A stretch of DNA of 40,535 bases from a virus (IMGVR_UViG_3300049173_000046:1-40535); one strand, 5' to 3'. Shown: positions 19,171-27,410, numbered from the stretch's first letter. Made by a program: numbers and translations. Notes: a model not told the origin generated them from the sequence alone.

Positions 19171-19193
19171 ATTGCCTGGAAGGACTGGAAAAC

Positions 19194-20045
19194 ATGGCTT
19201 ACGAGTCGATTACTGAGCATACGGCGACTTTCTCCCATCCTCGGCCGGCCGGCCACCGGTACGTCGGGATTGCGATTCACTGGTGGGGGGACCCGGCGCA
19301 ACGTCCGACGTTCGACGGAACTATTCAATATCTCGTGTACGGCGGGGCCCGGAACTCGGCGTCCGTCCATTACGTCGCGGAAGCGGGCCGGGTGGCCTGT
19401 CTGCTGGACCCGGACACGGACCTGAGTTGGGGGCAGGGCGACGGGGCGAACGGCTACGGGAACAATTTTTTCATTTCGATTGAATGTAACCCGCGGGCGT
19501 CGGACGGGGACTACGCGACGGTGGCCGAACTGATCGCGGAACTTCGGGAGACTTACGGGCCCTTGGTCCTCAAGCCACACCGGGACTTCACGTCCACGGC
19601 TTGTCCTGGTGTGTGGGACCTCGGCCGGCTGGACCGGCTGGCGCGCGGCGTCACGGCGGCCCCCGTTGCGCCGGCTCCTGCGCCGGCACCGGCTCCTGCT
19701 CCTGCGCCGGCCCCCGCCGGCCCGGCGGACCCGAACCGGCTGCACTGGGTTGTGGAACCTGGCGACACGCTGGGCAAGATATCGGACTACTACGGCGGGC
19801 CCGCGGTGGGCGCTCCGTCCGCGGCCGATATCGCGGCATTCAATGGGATCCCGGACCCTAACCGTATTTCGGTGGGGCAGGTTATCTACATTCCCGGCCC
19901 GTTGGCCTGGACCGTGGACCCTGGCGACACGCTAACGAAAATTGCCGATTACTACGGCATGACTCCGGAAGTGATCGCGGCGAATAACGGCATAGACGTA
20001 AACGCGACGATTTATCCGGGGCAGACTCTCCGGATTATTGACTAG
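19194..20045 (+). CDS. Endolysin: N-acetylmuramoyl-L-alanine amidase + 2 LysM
   Basis: IAIHWW, SVHY, ISIEC, H.D..STACPG; (AP)n linker; two V.PGDTL..I LysM repeats. Confidence 0.95.
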   Translation: MAYESITEHTATFSHPRPAGHRYVGIAIHWWGDPAQRPTFDGTIQYLVYGGARNSASVHYVAEAGRVACLLDPDTDLSWGQGDGANGYGNNFFISIECNPRASDGDYATVAELIAELRETYGPLVLKPHRDFTSTACPGVWDLGRLDRLARGVTAAPVAPAPAPAPAPAPAPAPAGPADPNRLHWVVEPGDTLGKISDYYGGPAVGAPSAADIAAFNGIPDPNRISVGQVIYIPGPLAWTVDPGDTLTKIADYYGMTPEVIAANNGIDVNATIYPGQTLRIID

Positions 20046-20054
20046 GGGGCCGGC

Positions 20055-20462
20055 GTGGCTGAATCGGATTATGACTGGTTCCAGCGGAACCTCGCGCCGG
20101 CAGCGGCAGCGGCAGCGGTGGTCCCGTCTCAAGTGGCGCGGCCGTGGCGGGCGACGCTGCGGACCGTGCTGCAGGTCGGCTTGCCGGCCTTTGCGCTGCT
20201 AGTCGGCGTCCTGCCGGAAGTCCTCGCCGCGGTCCTCGACGGGATGGGCGACACGCTGCCGGACGGGCTCCGGCTCTGGCTGCTCGGGGCAGCGGCAGCG
20301 GTCACGGCGCTGGCCGGGACCTTGGCGCGTATTGCCGCTATTCCGGGCGTGAACCGGCTGCTGGCGTCGGTAAATTTAGACGCCGGCGCGCCGGCCGTCT
20401 TTGGACGGCACGCGGCTGGCGGCTATCCTGGTTCTGCTAGTCCATCTGAGACCGTGGACTAG
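20055..20462 (+). CDS. Holin
   Basis: After endolysin; PWRATLRT..Q and ARI.AIPGVN..L with two TM segments. Confidence 0.75.
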   Translation: MAESDYDWFQRNLAPAAAAAAVVPSQVARPWRATLRTVLQVGLPAFALLVGVLPEVLAAVLDGMGDTLPDGLRLWLLGAAAAVTALAGTLARIAAIPGVNRLLASVNLDAGAPAVFGRHAAGGYPGSASPSETVD

Positions 20463-20528
20463 TCGGGGGCATCCTGGCGCGGGGGAACCTCCCCCCAGCT
20501 TGGGTTCCCCTCGCAGGATGTTTCTCAA

Positions 20529-20573
20529 CGAAAAAGGCCGGGCCCCCGTCGGATGGGGGCCCGGCCTTTTTCG
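20529..20573. terminator. Bidirectional terminator between convergent late and accessory operons
   Basis: CGAAAAAGGCCGGGCCCCC...GGGGGCCCGGCCTTTTTCG. Confidence 0.9.
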
Positions 20574-20725
20574 TGTTTCCGGCCTGCGGGCCGGCCGTCT
20601 CGCCGTGCCGGGTTCCGGGCTGGTGCCGGGCCGGTGACTACTTTTTAGCGGCAGCCGGCGGGGCCTTGGGAGCCACAAGTGTCAGCAAGGGACCCGGCCG
20701 CGCGCGCCGGCTGCCGTTCCTCATT

Positions 20726-20824
20726 CTACCCGGCCCGCCGGCGGCCGCGGGGCTTCGGCCGGGGCTGCAAGACGCGGACCCAAAAGGCCAGCCAACTATT
20801 GATGAACCGCCGGCCGGTCGTCAC
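20726..20824 (-). CDS. 32-aa basic peptide
   Basis: GTGA overlap with upstream gene and GGAG SD; MTTGRRFINSWLAFWVRVLQ.. Confidence 0.4.
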   Translation of the reverse strand: MTTGRRFINSWLAFWVRVLQPRPKPRGRRRAG

Positions 20825-21048
20825 TGCTCCGGCTCCATCCCGGCAGCCTTCCGGCGTTCGGCTTGGGTCCTCAACCTGGACGGCCGGGCAGCGTTCCACG
20901 CGTCGATAGTTGCCGGCAGCCATCCCAATTGCCGGGCCCCTATCTGCGCGTCCGCCGGCGGCAGCAAGTACCGGTTTAGGGTGTCCGGCTTTACTCCGAT
21001 ACGTTCCGCGACTTCGGGCCGGCTCAAGTATCTAGCGGGGGCGGTCAT
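20821..21048 (-). CDS. AlpA/excisionase-like HTH protein
   Basis: YLSRPEVAERIGVKPDTL..LPP.D..GW..TIDAW; ATGA overlap at 21048. Confidence 0.8.
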   Translation of the reverse strand: MTAPARYLSRPEVAERIGVKPDTLNRYLLPPADAQIGARQLGWLPATIDAWNAARPSRLRTQAERRKAAGMEPEQ

Positions 21049-21608
21049 AGTAGTGTCTCGCCGTTCTCTTTCTGGCGCTTGCGCTCCTGCCGGCGGTGTT
21101 CCCGGATAGCTTCCTGGGCTCGGTCGTACTGGTCTATGTACTCTTGCGGGATTCGGCCCGTTGGGCTTATCTCGATGCCTTGTTGGGCTATCCATTCGCG
21201 CATTGCCAGGCGTTCTTTTGTGGACCTGCCGGTTAGTCCTGCGCCGGGCTTTAGCTTCCCGCGGGGCCCTTTTCCGGCCGGCTTAGGTGCTGCCGGCCGT
21301 GGTGCGTGTAGCTCGCGCGCCGGGGTCCTTCTCGGTTCCGCTATTCCGTAGGTGTCCACCTCGTTCTGCTCGTCGTCAATGGTTATCGAACCGTCAAGGA
21401 TTCGGGCCATTTGGCGCGCGTGGGCGGCGTTCGCCGGCAGGGCGTCGGCATAAGCCAGGGCCCTGTCTATCCGGTTTTGCTGCTCGATGGTTCGCTCGAT
21501 ACTCGCCGCGGCGATTCGCGGCATTTGGTCCTCTGCTCCAAAGGAAACAAGTAGGGCGTTTGCTGCTGCTATGTCAGCTAGCGCGATGGTGTTCTTCGGC
21601 GTCTGCAT
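21045..21608 (-). CDS. Lsr2-like DNA-binding protein
   Basis: C-terminal MREWIAQQGIEISPTGRIPQEYIDQY matches the Lsr2 DNA-binding domain. Confidence 0.8.
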   Translation of the reverse strand: MQTPKNTIALADIAAANALLVSFGAEDQMPRIAAASIERTIEQQNRIDRALAYADALPANAAHARQMARILDGSITIDDEQNEVDTYGIAEPRRTPARELHAPRPAAPKPAGKGPRGKLKPGAGLTGRSTKERLAMREWIAQQGIEISPTGRIPQEYIDQYDRAQEAIREHRRQERKRQKENGETLL

Positions 21609-21894
21609 TTAGGTAGGTAACCTGTCGTTGCTGTTGCGGGGCTGGCCGTTTCACTGGCTGGCCTTTGGGCGTGTGGTAAACGATGGTGAGAATAAGCGAG
21701 ACACTAACGCCGTATCTCTCGGCCAGCTGCTTAGTGGTGAACTTGCCTTTTCGATATTCGCGCATAATTGCGGTCATTGCGCCGGCGGCTAGCTTCCGCG
21801 GTCGTCCTACTGAGTCGTAAAAACGTTCTTCCGCTTCGTGCTGTGCCTGCTCCGATTCGATTCGTTCGGGCTGCTGCTGGGCTTGCTCGCTCAT
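21574..21894 (-). CDS. HTH DNA-binding protein
   Basis: GRPRKL..TTKQLAERYGVSVSLI. Confidence 0.75.
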   Translation of the reverse strand: MSEQAQQQPERIESEQAQHEAEERFYDSVGRPRKLAAGAMTAIMREYRKGKFTTKQLAERYGVSVSLILTIVYHTPKGQPVKRPAPQQQRQVTYLNADAEEHHRAS

Positions 21895-22055
21895 TCTCGG
21901 ACCTCGTTTCTCGGTGGCCGGCTTGTCCCTGCCGTCTATAAAGCTACAGGACGTTTTAGACGGCAGGGTGCTTAGCGTCTAAATTTCGGGCCTTTATGTC
22001 TGCGGGTCCTGGTATGTCCTCCCGTTCTTCGTCATTGCGTACTTACTTACTGACG

Positions 22056-22721
22056 TTATGGAATGATGTGGGCTTCATACGGGGCGGCGGCTCGCTTGGC
22101 GGATTCTTCGGCTTCTTCCGGGGTGGGCCGGTTTACTCCGAAACTGTCCCAGCCGGCTCGAATCGGCTTTTCTCGGTCCGACGTCGTCCCGTTCGTTTCA
22201 CGCTCGATTAGCTCGTGAATGCCGGCCTTATGCCGGCGCTCAAGTTCGGCGCTGTAAGCCTTTTCGGCGTCTTTGCTCTTGCGGGCCATTTTCCGCGCGT
22301 CGGCGCTCTTGCCTGGCGTCAAAAGGTAGTCCACGCAAATGCGGGCGTAGGTGTCCTGGTCCTGGCGCAGCCGGTCGTAGTCCCTATCGGTCAAGCCTTC
22401 CGGCTGGGGGCCCGGTGCCGGCGGAAGCTCGGGCCGTTCCGCTATCCGGTGGAACATGGCGTCGGCCGGGTACGTCTCGACGTGGTCGGCCCCCCTTGCG
22501 CTCGTCCATCCGATGCGGACCCGCGGAACCTCGCGGTGGTAGTCCTGCGGGTCCGGTTCGGCTTCCTCGACAAACCGGACCGTCCGGAACCGGTCCGGGT
22601 CGATGAAAAGGTGGGTAAGGCCGGCGGCCGCGGCTATGACGTCGCCGCGGCGGACCTCGTGGGCCTGGATGCGTTCGGACTTCTTGGCGTTGTCGTATTC
22701 GTCCATGTTGGTTCTGCTCAT
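22056..22721 (-). CDS. Hypothetical protein
   Basis: AAGGAG SD, 221-aa ORF in leftward operon. Confidence 0.7.
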   Translation of the reverse strand: MSRTNMDEYDNAKKSERIQAHEVRRGDVIAAAAGLTHLFIDPDRFRTVRFVEEAEPDPQDYHREVPRVRIGWTSARGADHVETYPADAMFHRIAERPELPPAPGPQPEGLTDRDYDRLRQDQDTYARICVDYLLTPGKSADARKMARKSKDAEKAYSAELERRHKAGIHELIERETNGTTSDREKPIRAGWDSFGVNRPTPEEAEESAKRAAAPYEAHIIP

Positions 22722-22733
22722 TGCGGGGGCTCC

Positions 22734-22931
22734 TTATCGGGTGGGCAAAACGTCGGTGACTTGCTGGAACGCGTTTAGTGCCGCGGTGACGGTCGGCCAT
22801 GCAAGGGCTAGGGCGACGGCCGGGACTAAGAAGAAAAGCAAACCACTAAGCCAGTCGGCCCGGATGGTCTGCCGGCTGGTGTTGGGCCGGCCCCCGTTGC
22901 GGGGGCCTGGGCGGTCGCTGGGCCAGGACAT
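22734..22931 (-). CDS. Small membrane protein
   Basis: Hydrophobic WLSGLLFFLVPAVALALAW; tight operon packing. Confidence 0.6.
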   Translation of the reverse strand: MSWPSDRPGPRNGGRPNTSRQTIRADWLSGLLFFLVPAVALALAWPTVTAALNAFQQVTDVLPTR

Positions 22932-22936
22932 TGCCG

Positions 22937-23431
22937 CTAGTCCTCAACCATAAGGGCGGCGATAACGGCGGCGACGCGGGCGGCCGTGGTGGTCGGCCGG
23001 TCCAGGCTGATTATCTCGACGGTGGACCGGAACGGCCGGCAAAAGTGGATAGTGATGCTTTCGTCGTCCTGGCTGAAAGTGAAAGACGCGCCGTCCTGGT
23101 GCCGGAACTCGCGGCCGCGGAAGTCCATAACCCAGGCGGGCTTGCCGGGCAGCGCGGCCAAAATGTCCATGCCGGCGACGTGGCCGGGGACGCTGCGGCG
23201 GGCTGTCTCGGTGCCGGCGGCTTCGGCCCTCATGCGGCGGGCGGCTTCGTTGGCGACGGCCGGCAGCATTTCGGGGTGGCATTCCCGGTTATAGATTCCC
23301 ATGTCGTATGCGGCGCGGCGGCAGATATCGCGGATAGCGGCGGGGCTGAATTCGTCCGCGACTTCCGGGCCGGCGATATCGGCGGCACCCTGGGCGGCTT
23401 CGGCGGGGTCGACTGCGATTGTCTTCGTCAT
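22937..23431 (-). CDS. Hypothetical protein
   Basis: AGGAG SD before ATG 23431 (MTKTIAV..). Confidence 0.7.
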   Translation of the reverse strand: MTKTIAVDPAEAAQGAADIAGPEVADEFSPAAIRDICRRAAYDMGIYNRECHPEMLPAVANEAARRMRAEAAGTETARRSVPGHVAGMDILAALPGKPAWVMDFRGREFRHQDGASFTFSQDDESITIHFCRPFRSTVEIISLDRPTTTAARVAAVIAALMVED

Positions 23432-23528
23432 CTTGTTCTCCTGGTCTGCTCTATGATGTGGGGGTGCCGGCCCCCCGTTCGGTGTCATGGGGGTGCTTTT
23501 TGGGGGGCCGGCCGTTTTGCTGGTGGGG

Positions 23529-23930
23529 CTATTCGTTGGGGATGAACTCGGAAACGGCGCGGCCGGGGGTGGTTATCCAGGTTCCCTCGGGGACCTCGCG
23601 GACCTCGCGCGTCCTGAGTGCTTCAATACAGGCGGGGCAGGTTACCTGCCGGAAGTAAATGGTGGAATTGCCGGGCTCGCCGCACGCCGTCTTATAGGGC
23701 TGGTTTCCTGCGTTGCCAACATTGGTGGCCATATGAAGCGGGGCCGGCTCCGCGGTCCGGTTTAGCTGCTCGGTGATCGCGTCGCGGATTTGCTCAAGCT
23801 CGGACCGGCTGAACGTCGCGTAAGCCTGGACCGTCGAACCGTCGACGGGGTCCTTCGCGACGATTCCCAGCGTGTTGCCGTGGATGCTGGCGGCGGCGGT
23901 TCCGGCGGTGGTTCTGATGAACGTTTCCAT
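23529..23930 (-). CDS. Hypothetical protein with H..C..TCxxC Zn motif
   Basis: AGGAG SD before METF; LHM..TACG..VTCPAC. Confidence 0.7.
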   Translation of the reverse strand: METFIRTTAGTAAASIHGNTLGIVAKDPVDGSTVQAYATFSRSELEQIRDAITEQLNRTAEPAPLHMATNVGNAGNQPYKTACGEPGNSTIYFRQVTCPACIEALRTREVREVPEGTWITTPGRAVSEFIPNE

Positions 23931-23941
23931 TTGGGGGGCTC

Positions 23942-24046
23942 CTACTTCGTGGCTTTGGCTTGCTGGGCTTGCTGGCGGTCGTGGTTCCTGGCCGGCTGGA
24001 TCATTGCGCCGGCCAGGATGGTTAGGGCGACTAGTAGTGCTTCCAT
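23942..24046 (-). CDS. 34-aa hydrophobic/polar micropeptide MEALLVALTILAGAMIQPARNHDRQQAQQAKATK
   Basis: Fills the gap between two leftward genes; start codon inside a 13-bp inverted repeat. Confidence 0.5.
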   Translation of the reverse strand: MEALLVALTILAGAMIQPARNHDRQQAQQAKATK

Positions 24047-24060
24047 CCTGGCCGGGCCCT

Positions 24061-24498
24061 TTATCCCTCAAGCTCGACGGTTCCAACGGGTGACCCGTAA
24101 GGGTGGGTCGTGATAACCAGCGTTTTCTTGCCGATTATCTCGGTCCGGACGTCGTGGGCTTCGGTGGTGATACCTTCCGCGGTGGTGATCTCAACTTTCC
24201 AGTAACCGCGGGCGGTGAATCGGGCGGACACGGTATCCGTTGCCGGGATCATGGCGGAAAAAACGGATTCAATGCCGGCCTGAATATCGGTTACGGTGCT
24301 GATGCCGGCGGGCCGGCGGGCCGGGCTTTCGACGGGGACGTGGGCGCTTTCCTCGCTGGCGGCTTTCCACGCTTCGGATGCCTTGCAACGGGGGCAGGTG
24401 GTGAGGTCCGGGTCCGCGTCGCGCAGGCTGTTGCGCTGGCCGTAAGCGTCGGCACCGCAAACGAACGTAGAACCGGGGTAAGTGGAAAAGTGCTGCAT
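24061..24498 (-). CDS. Hypothetical protein with H..C..TCxxC Zn motif
   Basis: AAGGAG SD; QH..VCG..TTCPRC. Confidence 0.7.
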   Translation of the reverse strand: MQHFSTYPGSTFVCGADAYGQRNSLRDADPDLTTCPRCKASEAWKAASEESAHVPVESPARRPAGISTVTDIQAGIESVFSAMIPATDTVSARFTARGYWKVEITTAEGITTEAHDVRTEIIGKKTLVITTHPYGSPVGTVELEG

Positions 24499-24571
24499 GG
24501 TGGCTCCTTTAGGTGGTCTTTTCTTCCCTTGCTGACTCCTAAAGTATACACGCCTAACCGTGTATTCGGTG

Positions 24572-24595
24572 TACTTATCTACTTACCTAAGTAAC
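24572..24595. promoter_or_regulatory. parS-like 8-bp repeats downstream of par genes
   Basis: TACTTATC TACTTACC TAAGTAAC; a related array lies upstream of parA. Confidence 0.65.
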
Positions 24596-24602
24596 TTTTC
24601 CG

Positions 24603-24908
24603 TCACTTTTTCAGCGTCCGGATTAGGCGGGCAGCGACGGCGGCCCGGACCTCGTCATTCGTCAAAAGCTCGTCCACTAAGGCGCGCATAATGTCCATGG
24701 TCGGGACCTGGGCCCGGCCTAGCTGCTCCGGGATCCTCAACTCGTCCGGGTACGCTTTCAGGTCCCGGTAAGTCTCCTTGCCTAAGTCCACGGATAGGCG
24801 GACGGGCCGGCTCCGGCTCGGGCCGTTCGCCGGTGCCGGCGCTGCTGCCGGCTGGCGGGCTAGGACGGCGTCCGCTGCGGCGTCCAGGTCGTCTTGCCGG
24901 CGGCTCAT
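24603..24908 (-). CDS. Partition centromere-binding protein (RHH/ParG-like)
   Basis: ATGA-coupled to parA; flexible N-term then VRLSVDL..Y..LK..DIMRALVDELL ribbon-helix-helix pattern. Confidence 0.75.
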   Translation of the reverse strand: MSRRQDDLDAAADAVLARQPAAAPAPANGPSRSRPVRLSVDLGKETYRDLKAYPDELRIPEQLGRAQVPTMDIMRALVDELLTNDEVRAAVAARLIRTLKK

Positions 24909-25546
24909 GCGCGGGCCCCCGTTTCAAGCTCGGAAGCTGCGGAAAAGTACCCGTATAGGTTCCCGACTATCGGCCGGCCGAATGCGCCGGCGCTGATCGC
25001 TTCCCGCCGGCGTATCTCGGTTCTGAGGACTCGGCAGCCTAACGGCTCAAGCTTCCGCCGGAACCTGCCGGCACTTAGCGCGGTCGGGTTTATCCGGTTC
25101 AAAAGGACCTGGACCCGGACCGGCTCGGGCCGGTGCCGGTCTACCCTCGCCGCGGCGTCCAAAAGTTCCGGGACCTCTGCAAGTTCCATAAGGGACGGGG
25201 CCATGGGAAGCACGACGGCGGACGCGGCGCGCATGGCGCTCTCCACGATGCCGGCTTCCCTCTCAAGTGGGGGCGTATCGATGATAACGACGTCGAACCG
25301 CCGGCCGATTAGTCCGGGCAACTCGCGGTGAATGTGCGGCGTCGCTAGTCGCTCCGTTCGGATGCTCCAGCCGGCTAGGGCGGCCCACTTGCTTAGGCTG
25401 CCGGCCTTGCGGGTGCTGTCTGCGTCCACTAGCAGGACGTTGTGGCCTAACTCCTGGAAGGCGTGGGCTAGGTAAGCGCACGACGTTGTCTTGCCGGTGC
25501 CACCTTTGAAGTTAGCCAGGGCGATTATCTGCGGTTCCGTATCCAT
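24905..25546 (-). CDS. parA: ParA partition ATPase (type Ib-like)
   Basis: KGGTGKTT deviant Walker A, VLLVDAD, IIDTPP, LLNR; probable leaderless start MDTEPQ. Confidence 0.95.
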   Translation of the reverse strand: MDTEPQIIALANFKGGTGKTTSCAYLAHAFQELGHNVLLVDADSTRKAGSLSKWAALAGWSIRTERLATPHIHRELPGLIGRRFDVVIIDTPPLEREAGIVESAMRAASAVVLPMAPSLMELAEVPELLDAAARVDRHRPEPVRVQVLLNRINPTALSAGRFRRKLEPLGCRVLRTEIRRREAISAGAFGRPIVGNLYGYFSAASELETGARA

Positions 25547-25618
25547 GCCGCAAATATAGACGGCGTACTTGCCTAAGTACATAAGGACACGCGGCCGGGC
25601 TGTCTATATAGTGGGGGC
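25547..25618. promoter_or_regulatory. Back-to-back leaderless promoters with parS-like repeats
   Basis: -10 TATATT 6 nt before parA ATG (minus); -10 TATAGT (25607-12) 6 nt before GTG 25619; TACTTGCC TAAGTACA at 25566-25581. Confidence 0.55.
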
Positions 25619-26002
25619 GTGGATTGGTATTTCGATAGGGCCGGCCGACCTATGACTCGGGACGCGTGGGCGGCCGCGGTGACGTCCGGCAGCGGGAAGC
25701 GCGTGGCGCTCACTAACTGCGGGAAGGCCGGGACCGTCTCGACGGTCTGGACCGGCCTGGACCTCGGGTTCGCTCGGCCGGCCCCGGTGATCTTCGAAAC
25801 GATGATTTTCGGCGGGCCCCTCGACGGCGAATGCTCGCGTTACTCCACGGAAGCGGACGCGCTGGCCGGGCACCGGTTCCACGTTCTCTGGCTCCAAACG
25901 GTCGCCGGACTACCTGGCCGGCCCCGCCGGCAGCGGCCCGGACCTCGGCCGGTCCCTGTTCGCCGGCGGATCCTCATTCATAACGGCCGGCGTTTTTCCT
26001 GA
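25619..26002 (+). CDS. Conserved phage hypothetical protein
   Basis: VSTVW.G.D..FETMIFGG..RY.T..A..GH motif I recognise from other phage hypotheticals. Confidence 0.7.
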   Translation: MDWYFDRAGRPMTRDAWAAAVTSGSGKRVALTNCGKAGTVSTVWTGLDLGFARPAPVIFETMIFGGPLDGECSRYSTEADALAGHRFHVLWLQTVAGLPGRPRRQRPGPRPVPVRRRILIHNGRRFS

Positions 26003-26257
26003 GCGCGCGAATTTTCGCGCGCGCGTTAACTTAGGTGGGGTACTCGATAACGTCTTGGCCGTGGTGGGTTGGGTATCTAGTAGTTCTGTTTTTCCGGGGC
26101 AAGGAAAAACGCGCTTGCGCGCTTTTCCGCGGCAGCGGGGGGGCGGTCCGCTTTGCGGGCCGGGGGGCCGGGCCCCCTCTCGCCGCTGGTAGGTGGCCTT
26201 AGCTCACCTAGTCTTGGACTACTTACCCGGCCGGCCCCCACGCGAAAAATTCGCGCA
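26003..26257 (+). ncRNA. Candidate structured non-coding RNA / prophage origin
   Basis: Nested complementary segments and internal hairpins, several G-U pairs favouring + strand; no credible ORF. Confidence 0.4.
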
Positions 26258-26505
26258 TAATCCTCCCTTTACCCGGCGTCCTCCGGGGCATCATTCCCGG
26301 AACTGGGGCGGGGGCCTAACCCGCAAAAAGGCTGGGCCACTGCAACGTGGGTTCGAACCGGGGATGAAGCGGCCCCCGGAATTCTAGGCGCGACAAAATG
26401 GCCGTACCGGGCGGCGGCCTGTCCTCGGGTCCTGCTCTGTGTCCTGTTTTCGGGCGTGGGGTATTACGGCGGGGACTTCACGTCCTTTCGGCGTCTCGTT
26501 TTTGG

Positions 26506-26542
26506 GCAAAAAAATAACCGGTAAGCGACACGCGCTTCCGGT
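26506..26542 (-). terminator. Leftward intrinsic terminator inside the non-coding region
   Basis: Minus strand ACCGG-AAGCG-CGTGT-CGCTT-A-CCGGT + TATTTTTTT. Confidence 0.6.
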
Positions 26543-26701
26543 CCTCCTGCTGCTATACGTCGTTGCGGTAGACTTCTAGACAACGGCAATACTGCGGCAA
26601 ACGTTCACGGTTTGCGGGTGTTGCTGGAAGTCTCCGAATTGGCGTTCGGGGGCTTCCGTCTTTTAGACACTAGCAGCCGGATTCGGCCGGCTAGCGGATT
26701 A

Positions 26702-26745
26702 AGGGCCGGACGCGCCGGGGTGGCGTGTCCGGCCCTTTCTTTTTA
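26702..26745. terminator. Terminator hairpin at repressor 3' end (U tract on + strand)
   Basis: AGGGCCGGACGCGCC/GGCGTGTCCGGCCCT + TTCTTTTT. Confidence 0.7.
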
Positions 26746-27123
26746 TGCGCTCCTTGCCGGCCTGAGCTTCCGGCGGTCCCGTAGCGAGTTGATAACGGCG
26801 CTGACTGTCTCTAGGTCCTCCGGGGATAGCTCCCGTAAGGATGCGGCCAAAATGTCCACGCGCTGCTGGCCCCCTGTTCCCTCCGGCGTAAGGCCGGCGG
26901 ACGCCATGGCGGCTTGCTGGATAACCCGCAACGGCTGGCGTAGTCCTTTAGCCAGCTTCTCTAGCGTCTCGGCCCGCGGCATGCTGTTCTGCTTGGCGAT
27001 GGCAAGTTGGCCTATCTTCGCTTTCGATAGGCCGGCGCGGGCGGCTATTACTGAATAGCTCTCGCCGGTGCTGTCCTGGTGCGTATGGATTAGCTCGGCT
27101 AACGTTACGGCTTTTGTGTTCAT
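26743..27123 (-). CDS. Immunity repressor (XRE HTH)
   Basis: SYSVIAARAGLSKAKIGQL..P..ETLEKLAKGL; divergent from Cro-like gene. Confidence 0.85.
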   Translation of the reverse strand: MNTKAVTLAELIHTHQDSTGESYSVIAARAGLSKAKIGQLAIAKQNSMPRAETLEKLAKGLRQPLRVIQQAAMASAGLTPEGTGGQQRVDILAASLRELSPEDLETVSAVINSLRDRRKLRPARSA

Positions 27124-27195
27124 CTGGCGTTCTGCTCCCTAGCTTTTTTGACTTGACACGACTGCTCTGTCTGACGTTTCCCCTAACGTGTTGAG

Positions 27196-27225
27196 AGTCT
27201 ATAACTTGTAGACGGTCCCGGACAA
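27196..27225 (-). promoter_or_regulatory. Repressor promoter overlapped by operator GTCTA-N7-TAGAC (27197-27213)
   Basis: Minus strand TTGTCC-18-TAGACT; palindromic operator. Confidence 0.6.
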
Positions 27226-27336
27226 CATTTAGACGAACCTGCGCAAGTCTTGATGGTTTCTTGATCTGTCCCTCTTGCGCCGTTGTGTCCTACCCGGACG
27301 CGGACCGGCGCAAACGGGGCGTGCTGTGGTGGTTCG

Positions 27337-27389
27337 TTGCGGCGCTCACTTTGGATTGCTATGGTTCAACCGTCTAAAGAAAATAGACG
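27337..27389 (+). promoter_or_regulatory. Early lytic promoter with operator at +1
   Basis: TTGCGG-17-TATGGT with TGn extension; CGTCTA-AAGAAAA-TAGACG at 27371-27389. Confidence 0.7.
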
Positions 27390-27410
27390 TTCGAACGGAA
27401 GGCGTAGACG

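Noticed and set aside
19660-19725. GCGCCGGC/GCTCCT repeats
   Set aside because: Encode the ordinary (AP)n linker of the endolysin
20821-21048. AlpA/Xis-like gene as evidence for integration
   Set aside because: No integrase or attP-like tRNA fragment found; such HTHs are common regulators
26193-26387. 64-aa ORF as a plasmid Rep
   Set aside because: Short, Pro/Arg-rich, no Rep motifs, overlaps predicted RNA stems
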